Assembly (NCBI GenBank): GCA_023334545.1 | Contig: JAADVB010000179.1 | Location: forward strand, 1 to 38,899 | DNA from: Salisapilia sapeloensis CBS 127946 | Taxonomy: Eukaryota; Protista; Oomycota | DNA length: 38,899 nucleotides | Direction: 5' to 3' | Part shown: positions 10,335 through 20,414 of the stretch, in pieces | Position numbering within the stretch: the stretch's first letter is position 1 | How the letters are laid out: every line of letters begins with the position of its first letter | Notes under the pieces: generated by a model | Database searches by the model: none | Told to the model about the DNA's origin: nothing | The model's input: only the letters and a program-made list of their open reading frames with translations | Program-made: the position numbers and the translations under genes

Positions 10335-10772
10335 ATGAGTCGCCATCAACGGGAATGGAGCCACTTTATCCAGTCTATCGTACCTGCTTCGATCTCGAAA
10401 GACTATTGCTTTATCGATGACCACGGCATCGTGGCGTATGCACAAGAATACTTTTCGGACATTGACGACTTTGACACGAAGCAGTTTCAAGAAATTTTTA
10501 CAGCATTCTCTCATCAACACATACGCGCGGAGCGTCCCGACGATGAGCAATTGGATATAACTGCATCCTCCTCCTCATCTATTCAAATCCGAGATACGAC
10601 GTTCTACATCGTTTCGACTACCAATTCAAGTATCTGTGCGACCACAAATAGATCCGGTCAAGAGCTCATTGTCGAAAAGTTTCCATTTGGCTATCTGGTA
10701 GTCCTCCTCCACCAAGTAGACCTACGTACGTCCTTCGCTACCATCGACCAAGCCTGCCAGACCTTGCGCTAA
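10335..10772 (+). CDS. Divergent profilin-like (or related alpha/beta sandwich) protein, 145 aa
   Basis: Profilin-like layout: N-terminal W-containing helix, strands IQIRDTTFYIV / SICAT / LIVEKFPFGYLVV, terminal helix FATIDQACQTLR. Fold call is by pattern only. Confidence 0.6.
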   Translation: MSRHQREWSHFIQSIVPASISKDYCFIDDHGIVAYAQEYFSDIDDFDTKQFQEIFTAFSHQHIRAERPDDEQLDITASSSSSIQIRDTTFYIVSTTNSSICATTNRSGQELIVEKFPFGYLVVLLHQVDLRTSFATIDQACQTLR

Positions 10773-10852
10773 TTTCTTCCAATCAACCTTCTTCCTTTCT
10801 CATATTCGCCAATCGTTCGCAGTATCCTATACCATCGCATTGGAAGTCGAAC

Positions 10853-11314
10853 ATGTACTTCTGTCCTGCATGCAAAGTCTACGTGAATGACGATAGCAGT
10901 CAGACACACGATCAGTCTACTGCACATTTATTCGCCACTTCCGACGCACCTACAAAGAGCAATAAAATATGGCTGCCAGCATCGAATCGTGGGTATCAAT
11001 TGCTTCAGAACTTGGGATGGAATGAAGACACTGGACTGGGTGTGGATGGAAGAGGTCGCATGGAACCGATTGCAACTGTCTACAAGAACGACAGAACTGG
11101 CCTAGGCATCGTCTCCACTTCCAAACACGCTCGAATCACACATCCAACGGTATGTATAAGCGGTGCGAAACGGAAACAAAAGGATGATCTGAAGCATCAT
11201 GTTACGAAGAAGCAGCGAAAGAAGACGGAGGCAAGAGAGAAGAAGCGGGATATGGATATCGCGAGAGAGTTGTATTCGCACAACTTGGAAGGGTATGAGC
11301 AGTATTTTAGATGA
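10853..11314 (+). CDS. Zn-finger + G-patch domain protein (resembles the GPANK1 C-terminus), 153 aa
   Basis: CPAC...HDQSTAH zinc finger, G-patch SNRGYQLLQNLGWNEDTGLGVDGRGRMEPI...DRTGLG, basic tail. Confidence 0.9.
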   Translation: MYFCPACKVYVNDDSSQTHDQSTAHLFATSDAPTKSNKIWLPASNRGYQLLQNLGWNEDTGLGVDGRGRMEPIATVYKNDRTGLGIVSTSKHARITHPTVCISGAKRKQKDDLKHHVTKKQRKKTEAREKKRDMDIARELYSHNLEGYEQYFR

Positions 11315-12834
11315 TAGCGTGGCGAATGGCATCGACAACCATGCCGTGGGCTGGTACTCGATCCCCCATCATGGCAAAGACGACATCCGGATGGGAGCAA
11401 TCATCGACCTCAACAATTTCCACAGACTTGTTTGCTTTTTTCTACAACAAATAAACATTTGTATATATACATGAAAAGTTGGATGAATAGTGCAGGGCAT
11501 GACGTACGAGTGCCTCTGCAAACTTGACAGAAGATGAGTGTGGAACCACCTACAGGATAAGGATGAGAAGTTTGAATCAAATGCACAGGACAGGTAGTAT
11601 ACGCACAGTGTCTGCTGTGCCATGGATGAGGTGGAACGGCGGAAGCGTGTAGTCTAGATCACAGGTCAGTCGGATGACAATGGAGGTTAAAGGGTGAATA
11701 TACCTATGTCCGCTGACTCCCGAATGATGTGGGTGGGACTGCACTTGGCAAAGTTGCTTGGTCCGAGCATCGTTGGCTTCATACCAGAGACCTCGTGGAC
11801 TAGATGAAGGTGTAAGCGTGATATGTCCAATGGAAGTTGGAGATAAGAGCAGGCTGGGTATACCTTGGATTGGTCCAGCATCACGTTTGCTCTCGAAAAT
11901 GTAGTGGTCATTGATATCATACACGCCAGCAGCACCAATGAACCCCTTCACGATACTTGCAACTGGCCTCTCTTCCGTCTATCATTCCACTTGGAGGATG
12001 AGTATGCTGGCTGGTAGTGCATTAAGGTGTCTGTGTACCGAAGTGGATGCTTGCGAAGTGTCCACGCTGGTTATAGCTGACCTGATTAATGTGAGCGCTC
12101 CAACATGTGCACCTATAAATCGTCAGGCGTGTCAAGTGACTTCTTACATGGGTGTCTGGCTTGTACGTACCAGAGGAATGGCCACTGACGTATATCTTTT
12201 CCGCATCACCTCCATACAAATGTACATTCGTAGCAATCCATTGGATCTAAATAGATACAACCAGTTAATGAATTGCTTATATGCACTATGCACGACAGAG
12301 ACATACAGCGTCCTCTGTGTTTTGGATCATATCGTCAATGTATCCACTCGGGTACGTCTGATAATCGAGGACAGCGACGACAATGTCCAATTTAGAGGCT
12401 AAGTATTCCCCTACGAGTCCATACTGCCATCGATGTCCAAATGACCACCCTCCACCATGAATAAACACAAGGACAGGCTTCTTCTGTTCACTCGAATGGA
12501 CACCATAAATGTCCATTTTTAAACGATTGTGGACACCGTAGCGTACACCAGCTCTCGTACCCGCTTCTTTCCAAACTAAAAGGCGAGCGATGCGAGATGT
12601 CAGTCGTGGTTTAGCAAACACCATGAGGAATTCACAAGCTGCCAGGAATTGTCCGAACAACGTATGTCGAAATGCTAGCCATCGGAGCTGTAGAGACGAC
12701 GGTGGTGCAGCATTTCCAAGCTGCAAATGGTGCTTTTGCTGTCGATATAAACGTAGGGTCCTATGCAGGTAGAATGCAAGCACAAGTGGCACGCCAAAGC
12801 GCTTAAAGCCTTGACCAAGAGCGCTGATATCCAT
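11307..12834 (-). CDS. Alpha/beta hydrolase, isoprenylcysteine methylesterase (ICME)/HSL-like, multi-exon
   Basis: N-terminal hydrophobic anchor, oxyanion HGGGW, nucleophile VSGHSSGAH across a splice, AGVYDI, LIHGTADT, catalytic His in DDCSHPDV. Last exon ends IRHAII* at 11307. Confidence 0.85.
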
Positions 12835-13039
12835 CACAGTTCGGCTGATTTGACATCATGATTGTTGATCACCTGGTAGATCGAATGTGATTATCAGAAA
12901 TAAAGACATAGAGTTTTATGAGGAAATATTGTAGTGAGGTCGAAGTAGATGCTCCTGGATGAAATGACAAGAGCTACATGCATTGGTTGATGTTATCAGC
13001 TACCTAGAAGTACTTGTATCTAGACTAGCTGCCCTCCAT

Positions 13040-14613
13040 CTAACTCTTATGTCCTCTTTCCGCGCGTTTCGCTGCGGCACTGGCGGCTACGGCGCCAGCG
13101 ACTGCTCTTTGAGCAGCCTGTTGTCGACGGTAAGGTCCAGACTCTTTCGCAATGGACGGAGCGTCATCTTCCAAATCATGTGTCTCTTTCTTAATCCGTG
13201 CTGATGATCGAGTTGCAATAGGTTGGTCTTTTTCCACTACTTTCTCATCCTCCTTTTTCACCTTTCGCGTCGATCGCTTGGGTCTCGTTGCTTTCTTCGA
13301 ATTCTTTTCTTTCTCCGAAATTTCATTTTCCTTCGGACTCTCTTCTTTCTTCAGTGGTGCCTTTGCCTTTTTCTTGCCCAATGGCTCGTGGACACTCCTC
13401 TTGCTTGCCTTTCCTGTCTTCGTACCAAACTCTAATGGCTTCTTATTCTTTTCTTTCGCTCCCAATTTTTTCAATTGAGTCGTGTAGTATTCGTAATCAG
13501 GTCGATCTTCAAAGTCACACGCGCGTGCCTGCTCTAGCATCTGACTCCACTGTGATGGCAGGTCGGCACAGAGGTCGGAGGGAGACGTGTCAGCCTTGGC
13601 TTTGGCTCCCTTTGCATCGCTTGTAGCGTCTTGCCATGGAAGGTTGCCTCGCATGAGGTAGATGAGGACGTACAGAAGTGCTTCTACGTCATCTCGACGA
13701 CTAGCACCTGATAACTTGTTAGGTCTGTAAAGATTACAAGATGCTAAGTGAAGATACCTGCGCCTTGATGGCAGTGGTGGCTGAGGAAGGTGGGTGTCCC
13801 GACAATGTTAGATGTCTTAAAGGCTTTGTGCTGACCTGTTGGCGTCACGTATCGATCGGATATACCAAAGTCTACAAAATAGACCTAGCGCATGGTTTAC
13901 TTTTGTGCTTAGCTATTATGAATAGGAAATGTACTTTGCTTTCGTTGTCCAGGTCTAACATAAAGTTATCAGGCTTGATGTCTACGTAGACAATGTTTTT
14001 GGAGTGGATATGCTGCAGCGTTTCAAGCTATAGTATGCTAATCATTAGTGTCATGAGCGGCTGAGATATACATAAAAGATTATATACGAGGTCTAGTCCG
14101 ACTTGAGCTGCGGTGGAAGAGGGGACGGGGCCATGCTCTTGGACAACATCTTCCAGCGTTCTTCCAAGTCGTTGCATGACAAAGAAGCGGTATCCCTGCA
14201 TACAACACCGTTAATATACCTTTCGTCTTAAATACGAAGAGTAAATTTGTACCTGGTCTTCTCCGTAGGCATTTGGAGGTAGGTATGGTAAGCCACGGTG
14301 CTCACGTAGGTGCGTTTGGTACAAGAGGTGTTCAGCGTATAAAGCGTCAGCGTTGCGTTCCACCGCCGTCTTCTTTCGTTTCTTACTCTTATTTGCTCGA
14401 GCTGGAATGTCAGGTAAAGGAGATACTTTCATGACAAATTCAGAGCATTGAACGCTCTTTGGCAAAGGGTCTGCAGAATGGACTAACCTCAAGTTTGTAT
14501 CATAAGCCCCTCTACGCGGTATCAAAAATCAATATACCTGCATACACGTCACTACACGCTCCCGATCCTAACTTTTCATCCAGAATCCAGTTCTTTAGTT
14601 GCTTCCCTTCCAT
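13040..14613 (-). CDS. Casein kinase 1/VRK-family protein kinase with a basic low-complexity tail, multi-exon
   Basis: LGSGACSDVY, FVMK, FFVMQRLG, IVYVDIKPDNFML, VDFGISDRY, GTPTFLS, SRRDDVEALLYVLIYLMRGNLPWQ, DRPDY. Confidence 0.9.
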
Positions 14614-14793
14614 ACGAACGAAGACAAAGGCGCTGAGAATAGCACAAGAAGCTGTCGGATGATTTCTTGTCAAGATTTGTGTCCAAAAGATATGTTGATT
14701 GGCAGATATTATAAAAGACAAAGGAGGATTGGATAAAACAAAACGGTACAAGACTGGAACAGCAGCATTTAACTCGATTGATTCCAAGCGATC

Positions 14794-16125
14794 TTACATT
14801 CGCGATTGCATCTGATGGCGAACGTACTCTGGCCTATTGATATCGATAAATAATAGAAACAGTCTTTGTAATAATATGACATACTTGATATCTTCCAGAC
14901 GAGCCGTGCCAGCAAAGAGCATCGCTTGCTTGAGCTCCTTGTTGATAATCTCCAGCACTCTCGACACACCGCCTTCGCCCTATCTTTTCATTAGGCATCG
15001 AGACAATAGTATATTGCAATAGACAAGCAATTACGTTGTGAGTGAGACCCCACAGCACTGGACGACCGAGGAATACGGCTCTCGCACCCAACGCCAAGGC
15101 CTTGAAGACGTCTGTGCCACGGCGTACGCCACCATCCATGTACACTTCCGCCCGTCCGTTTACGGCTTGGACGATGGCAGGCAAGGCTTCAATGGTAGAA
15201 GGCACGCCATCTAGCTGTCGAGCGCCATGATTCGACACCAAGACGGCATCGCAACCCAAGTCAGCAGCGATGGCAGCGTCCTCTGGACTGAGGACACCTT
15301 TGACGACGATGGGAAGGTTCGTGATGCTCTTGAGCCACTGGACATCCTTCCAATTCAACGTCAAGTCAAAGAGCTCGCTGACGTAATGCGCCAATCCCGA
15401 GTCTTCTTCGCTCGTCACACCGTGGGCATGCTTTCCACCTTCCTTGGCAAAGTTGGCCAGGCTCAAGTGGGGCGGGAGCTTGAATCGGTTTCGAACGTCC
15501 TGTTCGCGCTGCCCGAGCTTTGGTGTGTCTACTGTCAAGACGATGGCACTGTAACCAGCTTTCTCCGCTCGACGGACCAAGTTTCTCGTAATTTCTACCA
15601 GTGGTATGAGCCATGGATCTGAGTAGAGCTAGGTAGAGACGTACCTCGGTCTTTAAAGACGTAGAGCTGGTACCATCGGAGTCCATTTCCATTCGCTTTG
15701 CCAACATCCTACTTGCTACTTAGTACACTATTAATAGGATGGTGATGAGGGAAGCGTACTTCGATGTTTGTCGTCGTAAGCGTCGAGAGGATCATGCACG
15801 TGTTGGCTTTGGCAGCAGCTCGAGCAGTGGCTTCTTCACCATCCGGGTGAGCCATACGCTGCATGGCAGTGGGTGCGATGCAGATAGGGGATTCAATTCG
15901 CTTCCCCAAGACTGTCGTCGTGATGTCCATGTTGGACACGTCACGCAGGACGCGTGGGTAGAGCGTGAGGCGTGTGAAAGCGTTTCGATTTTCACGGAGA
16001 GAGTACTCTGCATCGGCCCCAGATGAATAGTAGTCGAATGCATTCTTTGGAAGGTGCTCTTCCGCATACTCTTCGTACTCGTTCACTGTTAATGGCGCAG
16101 CGTCACTTCCGGGCACGAGCTTCAT
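14794..16125 (-). CDS. HAO1: FMN-dependent alpha-hydroxy acid (glycolate) oxidase, peroxisomal, multi-exon
   Basis: [73 protein letters not shown]. Spliced C-terminus ends QSRM* (PTS1-like). The start could lie further upstream. Confidence 0.93.
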
Positions 16126-17169
16126 GGCTTCCGAGGAGAATTGTATTATGTTTGAAGTAGCGTCGATGGACATTTGGTACATAATTTTGTAATCAGACGT
16201 AGCGCAAGTCTGACTTGAGTGCATGTGAAGAGGTAGACTTCAAGTTACTGATGACGGTATGAAGTAGATCGTAGAGGTTTTAGAAAAACAACTTAAAGGA
16301 GTGGAAGCTCGGACGTGCGAGTTGTATAAATGTACTAGTGCCTATGCACCACTCGGTATGCCATGACGCAATGGAGTTGACCTAGAAGGCTGATGACTGC
16401 ATTGCTTACATGAATGATAAGGGATTTCTTGTGGTGTTTCCTCGTGCGAATGAAGTCGTAATGCTTTTAGGCATGTGCGTTTACAGATAAGAGCGATGTA
16501 ACATCTTGTGTATGGCATTCAGCACTACATGCCCGACTCGAAGTAGACGGGTACTTTAAGTAGCACGCTCGTACTGTTTAAGTACCAATTGCATCAAGTC
16601 ATTCGATATATCGCACAACGACGATAGATTTGTGCTATGGATACAGCCTAACATAAAGTCAGAACTGGAGACCGGCTACTGAGTCGTTAGCATGGTCTTC
16701 AACTTGTTATCGATATGCCTCCCCGAAGAAGCATAAAAGGAGTAAACTGTTTGTCATATCAAGAGCAGTAGAAGCTGTACATTCGCCCCTGAACAGAAAT
16801 CGCTACCAAGAAAGAAGATATAACAGAGAACTCTTAGCTATATTTTCGGCCTTTACTACCTACCTGCTGCTTTAGCGCAAGTAGTGCGAGTCCTATCTTG
16901 GTAACGCACTAACTTGCATCTACCAGCCATCTCCGAGTGCGATCTAGTTTTATCTGAGAAAACAAGGATGTTGCAGACTGCGCCATTACCCACGTAATCC
17001 GCCAACCAAGAACCACAAAACCTCGCTCGTTGAGCGTCTTACCAGCTACCTAGTGCATCTACATTCACGCGACAAGCACGGGAGACAGCACGACCAGCAA
17101 AAGCATTTTATGCAAATCAATTTGAAAACGTGTATTCCAAGTACCTAGAATGCAACAAGTATGCTATTT

Positions 17170-17531
17170 CTACTTGCGACCACCATTGTGGTGGGTTCCA
17201 GTCACTTTGTTCTGACTTGCAGCACGGGCTGCCTCGGCCTTGGCAACGAATGCGTCCTTGTCGAAGCTCACCTTTGGGTGCTTGTTCGAGTAGTGTGCCT
17301 GTTCAAGTCGTAATATTAATACCAGGCCATGTACATCCTCTACAACATCAAATATACCTCCAGACTCTTAATGTCAGGCATGGAGCTCATGCAGACTTCG
17401 CACGTAAAGTTCATTTTCGCCACCTTACGGTTATCAGCGCCAGATTTGCCACCGCCCATGTTCCTCTGGGCATCAAGCTTCGCCTTGAGCTCACCAGCAG
17501 TATGCTTCTTCATCTTTGCTTTTCCTCCCAT
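17170..17531 (-). CDS. Small zinc-finger protein, ZNF706/At2g23090-like, 2 exons (~99 aa)
   Basis: CEVCMSSMPDIKSLE|AHYSNKHPK after removing the intron at 17299-17357; matches the ZNF706-type CxxC...MPD.K...H...KHPK pattern. Confidence 0.8.
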
Positions 17532-17838
17532 AGTGACAAGTTGCTTTATGCGCGATGGGCAGATGCACGGCAGGTAGTCGAAGCGTTTATGGCGAGCAGA
17601 AGTGAATGGCGGGTGCGGTCATCTGAGACGATGCCAGATAGGCACAGATCAGGCACATCATCTGCCATAGTACTCTTTCCAAGCGACCTTCCCACCACCT
17701 CTATTTGGATGTCGCTCATACGACTTGTAAAGTGTTCGTACAAGTATAATATCAACAAACAGCAAACTGTCCGGACTTGTGACACTCTAAATTTCGTCCT
17801 CACATCCACACAAAGCACGGGAGGAAAACGCAATTAAC

Positions 17839-18348
17839 ATGCTAGCTTCGAGTACTCGTCGCATTGCTGCCCGCGCGCTCCACACGAGCGCTCGTCTATC
17901 GGCCGCGGAAGGCGCCCCAGCCGCTGCTGATGCCACCAAGGTCACGTTGAACCTTAGCACGCCGTACGAGGCCTTCTTCAAGGAAGAGCAGGTGGATCTC
18001 GTCCAGATTCCAGGCCAGGCCGGTGAATACGGTGTCACTGCCGGCCACTCGCCCGTCATTGGCCAGCTCAAGCCTGGTGTGATCAAGGTCCACCACAAGC
18101 GTGAGACGGAAGTTGAGTCCTTCTTCACCGCCGGCGGTTTCGCCCTCACGCACGAGAACTCGGTGACGGACATTGCGTGCGTCGAGTGCGTCAAGCTCGA
18201 GGACCTCGACCGGGAAGCTGCCGAGGCTGGACTGAACAAGTACCGTCAGCAGCTGAGCAGCGCTGCGGAAGGCTCTCCTGAAAAGACGGAGGCTCAGATC
18301 GGCTTCGACACGTACCAGGCCATGGTCACTGCGCTGCAGGGCCACTAA
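17839..18348 (+). CDS. ATP5F1D: Mitochondrial ATP synthase F1 delta subunit
   Basis: Mitochondrial presequence, LNLSTPY, VQIPGQAGEYGVTAGHSP, LKPGV, FFTAGGFA, C-terminal helical hairpin. Confidence 0.95.
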   Translation: MLASSTRRIAARALHTSARLSAAEGAPAAADATKVTLNLSTPYEAFFKEEQVDLVQIPGQAGEYGVTAGHSPVIGQLKPGVIKVHHKRETEVESFFTAGGFALTHENSVTDIACVECVKLEDLDREAAEAGLNKYRQQLSSAAEGSPEKTEAQIGFDTYQAMVTALQGH

Positions 18349-18465
18349 GAAGTTGATAAAGAAGGAAGCAAAATCAAGTGTCTTTTTGCTCTTTTCTTTT
18401 TCTTTAGCTCCGTTTTCCTATTTCGACCAGTTTAGTCTGAAGGGACGCACCGACTCGACGTTAGC

Positions 18466-18974
18466 ATGTCCGAATCAGAGCATGGAGGACGCGGACAAGT
18501 GATCGATGTAGTCATGCCGACGTATATCATGGTGCCGACGGAAGATGAATGGTGAATGGTTTTTAAACACATGACAAGAGAATTGGAATTGATCTTGTAT
18601 GTAGCTTTCGTCCGAAGAAAGTTTGTCGAATCATTTCCGATTGTCTGCAGGCCGAATTAGATGGAAAAGAGTATGATGAAGAGGAAAGCAAGGTCTGGTG
18701 CTGTACCATAGCTGATCAAGTCAAAGGTCGTATCGAGAACGAATGCCATTTTCCTCGGTACAAGATTGTTGTCCAAGCGTTTGTCGGGCAGCACAAGATG
18801 GAGGACGTGCGTATCACTTCTCGATGCCTATGGGACACCGACCATGACAACCACGCGTCCGCGGAATTCAATAGTGTATCACTACTTTCGCCCCACTATC
18901 TCCTCCCCATACTCATACTTGTCTAGCAACATATCTGGGGCACTTGCATCGTCTTTGGGTTCTACGCCGACTAG
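18466..18974 (+). CDS. Tctex-1 family dynein light chain (TCTEX1D2/DYNLT2B-like), 3 exons; absent from the ORF track
   Basis: Introns 18552-18604 and 18876-18926 give MSESEHGG...PTYIMVPTEDECFRPKKV...RYKIVVQAFVGQHKMEDVRITSRCLWDTDHDNHASAEFNSQHIWGTCIVFGFYAD*, a typical Tctex-1 signature. Confidence 0.9.
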
Positions 18975-19115
18975 CAACAGACACTTGGGTCAAAATCTAA
19001 ATCTCTTTTTTATTCGTTTCAATCTACCTCCAAGCATGCAAAAAAATGAAAAATATCGGACACGTCCGTTTGTAGTATCACAAGGTCATAAGTTGTTTCT
19101 ATCCAAAAGGAGCTT

Positions 19116-19959
19116 TCAGCAAGCTCCATTGGCAAGCATGTCCCACGTAATCTGGAGATCCAAGTCGCCTTCATGCGTACACAAGTGGTCCAAGTTGGCA
19201 AGCATGAGCTCCACCTCGAGCTTCAATTCATGGATTTGCGGGTGAGCGATAAATTTCATCGATTTGCCATGGCAGGCGTCGAGAGCCTGCATCTTCACGT
19301 TGATCAGCGCTTCACGTTCCGTCGGGCCGTCTCCGAGGGAGATGACATGACGCGGGACGACCGTGTCAATGTCCGCCGTTATGTCCGTCTCGCTGTCGGA
19401 CGAAGACGGGAAGACTTCGTGGTTAAAAGCCTCGATTTTCCATTGGCGAGGAGAGTCGGGGTGTGCACCCTCATAGGTTGTACGAGCAGACACGACCTTT
19501 AGTTGGGTGTGTAGCATCGGAACAACACGAGGCATGAAGAGCGAGGCGGAGAGTTCGACCCACCCAGCCTCAGCGGCAGTCACGATGACGACGCGACCGT
19601 ACGAGAGTGCCTTCTCCAATAGTAGGAGGACGGAGTCTTCTAGATCCGCAAGTGCTGCAGAGACGTCGGATGGAATGTCCGGCTTCTCGTTGACAAACTT
19701 TGGGCACAAGCCTCGTTGGGCGACGGCAGTGGATGCCATAATCGTGTCATCTGAAGAGAGTTTTATTAATATGTGCGAAAGAAAATGCTGAAAAGGCAGA
19801 CATACCCCAGTCAAAGAAGAGTACGACGCCATTTCCTTTTTCGTCCGACTTGGTAATGGACGTCGTTGGTGCCGTGACGTCGACAGTGGCGTCGAGCTGC
19901 GGCGTCGGCATGGTCTCTTCGACGCAGACGTCTCCTGCCAAATCGCTGTGTGGTGCCAT
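19116..19959 (-). CDS. HAD-superfamily hydrolase-like protein, 2 exons
   Basis: A phase-1 intron joins VLFFDW and DDTIM to give motif I DWDDT. Also VVIVTAAEAGWV (motif II), WKIEAF, ISLGDGPTEREA (motif IV). Confidence 0.8.
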
Positions 19960-20414
19960 CTCTCTTTCTCTTGTGGGATGGATGTGAAAATGGAGTCAGC
20001 TACCGGAGCGAGGACGCGACGTCGTTGGCACCGAGCACAAAGTACGAGACTGAATATTCTTTCGGTCTCTTTCCAAGTCGACGCGCGCGAATAGCTTTCA
20101 ACCAATCCTATTGGCTCATTATGATTTTCTACCAATCGAGAATAAGAAACATGTCTGAACCTCGTGCTGTTTGATTGTAGGACAGCATTACAGCCTTGAT
20201 GGACGTAAGTTGCACATACTTCGCGCATAGCTCTCTTCTGTCGTCATAGACTTTTCCCAGACAAGTACCAGTAGACGTAAATTGTAAAATCAATGTGGAC
20301 GGATGGAAAGAGAGTACAAGCAAGAAAGTTGATTTGCGACGAGACGACTGTCAAGTGGCTACAATGTCAGACTCGTCACAGGACTTCGTCTAAGAAAAAG
20401 AGTACAAAAGAAAT

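Noticed and set aside
10726-10822. GTACGT donor and TTCGCAG acceptor that might join the profilin-like and G-patch ORFs
   Set aside because: The junction is phase 1 and out of frame with G-patch. The unspliced C-terminus already fits a profilin terminal helix, and 97 nt is long for introns here.
16841-16860. GCCTTTAC resembling U5 snRNA loop I
   Set aside because: One U short of the invariant GCCUUUUAC, with no flanking stem or Sm site evident.
17787-18345. Two ~150-aa minus-strand ORFs
   Set aside because: Antisense shadows of the GC3-rich ATP synthase delta CDS.
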